In this document: positions 50,561-57,538 of the stretch, piece by piece
Numbering within the stretch: position 1 is the stretch's first letter
Layout of the letters: every line of letters begins with the position of its first letter
Assembly: GCA_001938485.1 (NCBI GenBank)
Contig: MQRK01203448.1
Location: 23,681-81,218 of the forward strand
Origin: Girardia tigrina
Taxonomy: Eukaryota
Direction of reading: 5' to 3'
Length of the DNA stretch: 57,538 nt
Translations under genes and position numbers: made by a program
The notes under the pieces: model-generated
What the model was told of the DNA's origin: nothing
The model's input: the letters and a program-made list of their open reading frames with translations, nothing else
Database searches by the model: none

Positions 50561-52049
50561 ACATATATAAAGGTTGATGAAGGTATACATAAATTAAAAA
50601 ATTCCATAAATGAAAATGACTGGTAGATACCATATATCGAAAAGTTGATAAATAGGTAAAATATTAAACGAGTCAATTAGTGGTAATAATAGAAATAAGC
50701 TAGAAAACCTTATGTGAGTTAAGTTCAACGATGGTTGGTAACCTGCTTAAATTAATTAAGAAAATAAACATTCAAAAACACGATTCATTTTTTATTGATT
50801 ATTAAATTTTAAAATGTGTAACAGAAGGTTTAAAAATTATATTAATTGATCACTGAAAAGGACAGATAAAAATTGGATAACCAATGATCATGACAATTTC
50901 TACAGATCTCGTTTGATGATCTAATATTTGATCTTAGATTTGATAACGATGGTCGCTTCTTATTCTATGGTACAATGACAACAGAGTCGCAGATTAACAC
51001 AATAATAAGATGATCAGTAAATTACTTAGCAGTAACTGCAGATATAATAATCAACTCCTGTTCAAATTCTTGCTTTACATACTGGTGACTTTTTTAGATG
51101 ATGGTTATAATTTAGAATACGGTTTGGAATTATTCCTACGTAATTTTTATACGTTGTGCAATGAGGAATATTTGGTATATTAAATATATAGTAAATACAA
51201 AGATGTATAGTAAATTGAGATGATTGAAGGAATTGATCTTTGAAAAATATTTGATAATTTTTACTGAAGATTCAAAGTCATTATTTGTAGTAATTCTATG
51301 TTATGCAATATGACAAGGGAAATAATTATTCTAGATATTTTTATTCCAAATAGTTTATACATTGAAAGAATACATAAATTAGATTATAATTAATATAAAT
51401 ATAGTAAAATATGGTATAACCTAATATCAAAAATTTACGCTTAGTTTCACAATTTAATATATAAATAGAAACAGTTGATATTAATAAATGGATATAATTA
51501 TTAGTTTGCTAAAACATGATATAAATTTAATTTTTGAATTGATTCTAGAAACTGGGAATGTACATTAAATATTATGTACTTTCAAAACATTAAAAATGTG
51601 GTACCATGAAAGATAAACATTTTAACTTTTCCGATTCGTAAAGAGAGGAAATTGTAAAAATAAAACTTTTTGAAGGAAAAATAAACCGTCTGAATTATTT
51701 ATGCCATAAAAGAAGTGAAAAGTTTGCATCAGATAAAAACAATTTATTTCACATCACGTAAATTGACTTAATCATTACGTGCAACCATTCTTCTTCCTTG
51801 ATCGATACACGTGAGTCTCTCCATGATCCATCTATTAAAAATAAGACAACAGATTTGGCGATATGAGAGGAATATTAATGTTGGGTTGATGACAGATGTC
51901 TCTTCATATTATTTTAAATGAAAATAATTAAAGTTTAACTTATGACACGACATTTACTTTGAAATAAATTTCATAAACTTTACCTATAAATAAATTTACG
52001 GATTATCGTACACGTGTAAAAGTATTTGGATATTTTTGTACACCATAAA

Positions 52050-52930
52050 CCCTATTAAGCATTCGAATATTCTTAGATTTTTGGGATGCTATTTTGATCA
52101 CAGAAAAATTCATGTTTCCAATACCAGATATTTATTGATTATTAGGTGTAGTTAGTGGGTCTCTCATCTGTGATTCCATTGATTTTAAAAACATTAATAT
52201 CAAGTAGAATTAACACAAGATTTAAAATCAGAAACTATATTCATCACTTGAATTGGACCATATTGTTTCAATCTACTTCCAATCGAATTATGTACAGTAT
52301 CAATTACATTCCGGACGTTGATGCATGGAATTTTTCATGATATGCTTTACAAAGATGTAGTGATTTATTTGGATGATAAAGCGATATATGGCATATCTGA
52401 GCAAGAACACAATCGTAGATTAAAAGAATTTTTCCGATGCATTTCAATGACCGGTCTCGCAGACAATTAGAAAAAGGCAAGTTAAGAGAAACTAAGCTTA
52501 AATTCTTGAGGCATATAGCAAATAATTGAGGCATTTAAATGAATGATTGTGAACTAAAATCAATGAACGAGGTTCCAATTACCAATTTGGTAACTTACCT
52601 ATGATCATTTCTTAGATTAGTCAATTATTGAAGATGTTTCATAAATAATTCTCCTCAAACTGATACCCAGTTATATGCAACCACCTCCGTAAGAGATAAG
52701 TTTTATTGGTCATATAATAAATGTGAAATCAGTGATTTTTCATAACACTTGAGTTATGTTTTTCTGACATGAATCGCGAGATGATATTAGACACGGAAGC
52801 CAGCTTTTCTGTATTAGAGGTGTACTAAGTCACTAACAAAATACCGGTTCTAAAAGAACGTTGGGTTATGGATCACAAAATTTGAGTGATCATGAAAAGG
52901 GTTACTGTGTGACAATGAATTAAAAGAAAA
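52050..52930 (+). mobile_element. Ty3/Gypsy RT-RNase H remnant
   Basis: VVIYLDDKAIYGISEQEHNRRL...KLKFL.H and ILDTEAS...GVLSH, with stops. Confidence 0.75.
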
Positions 52931-53638
52931 CAATTTTTCGACTTGTTTTTTATTAATTAAATTGAGTTAAAGTAAAACTTGTCACATTAATCAATCACTA
53001 AAGTATAAATATGACAGTAAAATCTAATAAAATCATTATTAAAAAATAATTATTTGACATGTGATAATTTTAATCAAAAAATGACAAAGTCCAAAATCAA
53101 AATTTTACCAAATAAATTGAAAACAATTTCTAAATTCTCTCATATTTAGTTTTTTAATGTCCATTTAACACTCAATTAGCAGGTTCTTGAAGTTATGATT
53201 AATTGTGGACATCGAATTATTATTAACATCATACAAAAACTGGAATTCAAGATTATTTAAAAATAAATTAAATAATACCAATGAAAATTTATGATTCATG
53301 AATTATATTTATTGTTCAAAATAACTCATAAATCTTAAATTTTATTAGGCTTATAAAATATATTTTAAGAATATATGATTAATTATTTGGAATTATATTA
53401 AATGATTTTATCTAAATCAAACAAAAATATTTTTTAATTTTTTAAATCGAAAATATAAAAAATTTATTTTATCAGATAATTGCATAAACTATTGTTTAAT
53501 TATGAATTAATTAGATTCATTCATGAAATCCGCTGTAATTTAAATATCCTTTGAAGAATAAATAATAATTAAATTATATTTCTATGAAGATAAACTTCGC
53601 TTTCTATAGTTTTTGGACACAAAATGTTCCCCTTGTAT

Positions 53639-53912
53639 ATGCATTTTTACAATGAAATTGAACTTTCGCAAAAGGAAATTGAACTTCAGTATTACGTGTC
53701 TTCGGTTTTGAGTGTCCGGGATTAACTGAACCGAGATTAACTGTCTCTGGATTAAGTGACCCCATACCAACCAATCATAGAGTCTTTCGATTTTTTATTT
53801 ATTCGATCATTCTCTCCAGAAAAACTTTGAAGTTTTTGCAAAAGTTCGATTTCATTTTGAAAAAAAGTTCAATTTCATTTTGAGAAAGTTCAATTTCATT
53901 GTAAAAATGCAT
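53639..53912. mobile_element. MITE-like inverted-repeat element
   Basis: ATGCATTTTTACAATGAAATTGAACTTTC and its exact reverse complement, plus subterminal repeats. Confidence 0.7.
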
Positions 53913-54156
53913 CAAGTCACCAAAAAAATTATAAATGATTAATTTCAAAACGAATCTTTTTACATTGTGATCCCATGATATATTTTAAGCCTAAAATCCA
54001 TAAAATAAAATTTAAGCGAAGCGAATATTTTATCACAATGACATACAAAAATAAAATCGTCTTTATCTTGCATCATTAAAGTATCTGTCCTCAATTTAAA
54101 TAAATTAGAAAAGTATATAAGTTCCAATAATGATTTTTATTAAATTTGTTCTGATG

Positions 54157-54517
54157 CAGGACCGTATTTAACTGTTCAACCGGTTCGACCGGACTGGAGC
54201 TTCACCATGGTAAATCAAACCCTACTTGCCGATTCGGCAATGCCGAACGTAGCTGCATGTTTTTATAGTAAATAAACACTATAAACAACGAAATTTAAAT
54301 TTGAAAAACTGATTGTTATTGTGGGTGCACTGACTGTTAGTGTCACTGTTACATACTTATAGTGTTCATAGTGCCAGTTTTTTCGTTGTTTATATGTCAT
54401 ACTGTCACTCTATGTAACTATGTTACGATTTATAAAAAAGAATTTAATTAGTTTGATTATGTTTTTAACTCATAATTTTGACGAACCGACGCCTCCACCA
54501 CAGTCAAGCCAGTCCTG
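54157..54517. mobile_element. hAT-type MITE
   Basis: CAGGAC...GTCCTG termini with 8-bp TSD TTCTGATG/TTCTGATA. Confidence 0.8.
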
Positions 54518-54777
54518 TTCTGATAATTTTTGATCAAAGATAAAAAAAACATTAAAAATAGAAAAAATGTTTAAAAGATTGTTCGATAGTACAAAGTTAA
54601 ACTATTAATTTAAATTTTAATTAAATAAAATATTAAAATCATAAAATTTAGAAATTCGTAAATATGTATAAATATATTTTATAATAATTATCTTTGGATT
54701 TAATTGGATTCAACATTTGACTAATACTACTTGTATATCCAGTTCTTGTGTGTATTTGATTAGTAGTTTATTTAGAA

Positions 54778-55315
54778 ACTAGGGTGAACCCGTTTCGCCA
54801 GGTCTGGCGAATTTTTTTGTTAACTAAATACATGTAAGGAAATTTAAAAAATATAGTAGTACTAATAATACAAATTATAAGCGTTAATAACTCGATAGCA
54901 TCAGGAGAAGGAGGTTAAAATTGCAAAAAAAACAGTTTAACATTTGTAAAACGTTTTTTTCCAAAAAAAATAAAATTAACTTTTTGAGATCAGTTGATTT
55001 GTTCAATCGATATGTTATAGCTAAATACAACTACCCTGAAAATTTCAGCTCTATAGAAAGTGGGTTAAAATTGCAAGAAAAACAGTTTAAACATTTGTAG
55101 ATAATCGTAAAACGATTTTTGCCAAAAAAAATTAAATTTAAATTATAATTCTATTATAAAGATAATAAATTAATTTTCTAAAATAATATTTTAAATTCTT
55201 CTTAAAAACATTTGTAATATTCAATTAACAAATTAAAATTAAAAAAATAATTAAATTTGTTTTACTGAACTCCGGGAACTTCATACAGACAGAAATCATA
55301 ATTCTATTATAGTAT
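54778..55315 (-). mobile_element. Non-autonomous Helitron-like element
   Basis: Minus-strand end CTAG|T preceded by the palindrome TTCGCCAG..CTGGCGAA. An internal direct repeat is present. Confidence 0.5.
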
Positions 55316-55732
55316 TAATATATTCTACTGTAAATTCTGTCGTCTAACAGAAGAATGGTTGTAATTAAGCACTAAAGTTTATGATATAATTAAGTTTTGA
55401 TGCATTTCGAAAAAATGCTGACATTAATATCAAATAAGTTTTTGATTTGTTCTCTTAATTAAATAGATTCTTGTACAATTCGTTAATTTATCATTCAAAT
55501 AAATTCGAAAAAATTAAAATAAATTTTCAAATAATGGTAAATTTTTAGAGAATACATTAAATTAATCACATTTTTTAAAAATAAAAATTCTCGAATGTTT
55601 GCATTTTTTCCACAATAGATTAGATCATTATCTCTCGAGTGACAAGTGACAGTCAAAGTGCCATGTCAAGAACCAGGTCAATGATTAGATAATTTATTCA
55701 AATTTATTTAGAATCAACAAATAATTCAGTTG

Positions 55733-56427
55733 AGGACCATCCATATATTATGTACGCACTGAAGGGGGAGGGGGGGTGTTTAAATTTAAAAGATTTTGCG
55801 TATGATAATGGGGGTGGGTAATTATTAAATATGTAAACATGCAATGGTTTTCTTAAAAACATCTTTTTATTTTTCTGCTCTGTGAACACACCATCATATT
55901 CCACCAACAAAGGTGGAATATAAAATCTAATAAAGAATTAAATGTTGGTGTAAAAATATAGAGTTGGAATTGTACGATTCCCTGACGCATATTGTTGTTG
56001 TTCTGTTCCTTTTCGCTTTACTCTAATAAATAATATAGGGGATTTTGCATATAATGCACACAGCCAGCATTTGTTATGATACAGTGTTTGTTGGATTTTT
56101 TTTGGATTTAGAATATTTAGAATAAATTTAGAACATTGTATAAAAATCTTAAGGGGTTGTCAAATTAACTTTGGATGTCCAAATTATATTAAATTTAATA
56201 AATTTATATTGGAATGTGCAAACATGGAGTCCTTTAAGTTTTATTACTAGACATCACAGGGGGCGGTAGAGGGTTCAACCAAATTTATAATATTTTATAA
56301 AAATGGTGGTTCGAGACTCAATTTGTATGTGCTTATGGTAGTTCAAAATGTACATGGTGCAATGGGAAGGGGAGGAGGGTGGTTAAAATATTAACTTTTT
56401 TGCGTATGTAATAAATGGATGGCCCCT
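55733..56427. mobile_element. PIF/Harbinger-like MITE
   Basis: TIR (A)GG.CCATCCAT.TATTA..TACGCA at both ends, with G-rich subterminal tracts. Confidence 0.7.
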
Positions 56428-57403
56428 TGGTATTAATGATGATAGCTGATAAATGGGCAAATATTCGATTAGATGGATATGATTTAAAAAACATTGAATG
56501 GCTTAATTTTTTAAAAAATACATTGTGAGATTCTTCAATGATTATAATTATTGTTATTTAAGGAGTAAATTACTTAAATAATTAAGGGAGTAATTTATTT
56601 TTGAAAATGTATTTAATTAATGTAATTATAATATTTAATTTAATTAATTTCAAATACATAGTATTAACAACATAAATGAGTTTTACAACATTTATTAATA
56701 TCACAAGCGCATTATATATTTTTTCTGTTTTTTGGATCATAAAATACTATTTTCGACTTTTTTATTATTAAAGATGAATTTTCATGTTAATTTTTTGTGT
56801 TGTAAATTAAAATCGAAACCATTTTTCCTGTTCGACTTATACTTGAACCTTTAATTTATTCACTTTTCAAGTCGAAAAAGTACACTTTGACTTATACTCG
56901 AACCGACCTATACTCAAGTATACATGGTATATTTATAACTATTTGACATTTTTCTTGATCAATATATTTCTGAATTCATACTAATTATTTTCAATAAATG
57001 AAAATCTTTTAATAAAAATTATTAATTATAAAGAATCTAATTGGTTAAAATTAAATCTAAACATTTTTAAAAAAGTATATATTAAATTAATATATTAAAA
57101 TTTTAAATTTTAAATTATTAAAAATTAAAATTATTTAAAATCTTTTTACTTTAAAATTAAATTAAATTATTTTCAATTAGTAGGAATCAAAGAAGATACC
57201 AATCATCCATCTGTGTAGGAGAGACACAATCTGAATCAACATACAAAATGCACAATATCAACACACAATTCAAAACATTCCTCACACATAGGACAAATAA
57301 ACCAATAAATGTAGGAATATCAGTATCAAACTAGCATACATATAGAAAGTTTTTATGCGATGTATATCCACTTCGAAAGCACTACAGAAGTACTTTTGTT
57401 TAA

Positions 57404-57414
57404 CACACACACAT

Positions 57415-57450
<36 letters not shown>
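57404..57450. repeat. (CA)n(TA)n microsatellite
   Basis: Directly visible. Confidence 0.9.
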
Positions 57451-57490
57451 TTCGAAAATATAATTTGATTAAAGCTTTTTTAATACAACT

Positions 57491-57532
57491 ATTGGACATG
57501 TTTCGATTTTTAAAAAAATCATCATCAGCAAT
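57491..57532 (-). ncRNA. Minimal type I hammerhead ribozyme (Penelope-associated type)
   Basis: Minus strand reads ATTG CTGATGA T GATTTTT-TT-AAAAATC GAAA CATGTC CAAT: intact core, stem II, palindromic ACATGT stem III, GUC cleavage triplet and stem I ATTG/CAAT. Confidence 0.8.
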
Positions 57533-57538
57533 TTTCTA

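Overview
Very AT-rich, gapped eukaryotic (animal-like) genomic DNA dominated by transposon debris. The species cannot be fixed from sequence. The only host gene I can reconstruct is HDHD5/CECR5 on the minus strand: four exons at 45579-29177, with two introns swollen by mariner, Tc1, Chapaev3, BEL/Pao and RLE-type non-LTR insertions. Its 5' exons were not found. Two orphan terminal exons (claudin/clarin-like and Cys-rich) are also present. Other repeats include four further mariners, a Tigger, Penelope-like elements with hammerhead ribozyme motifs, RTE and Gypsy remnants, and many MITEs. The most unusual region is 1-4000. It holds a decayed BEL/Pao LTR element whose Gag starts with a complete FUBI/ubiquitin-like domain ending in Gly-Gly directly before a Met. 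Most of its pol is replaced in frame by an intronless CCDC149 fragment, and it is preceded by an intronless TRAP1-LRRCC1 chimeric ORF. A second BEL/Pao end at 33 kb sits beside an intronless PRMT3-like 5' fragment, suggesting repeated capture of host mRNA 5' ends. All protein assignments come from remembered family motifs, not database searches.
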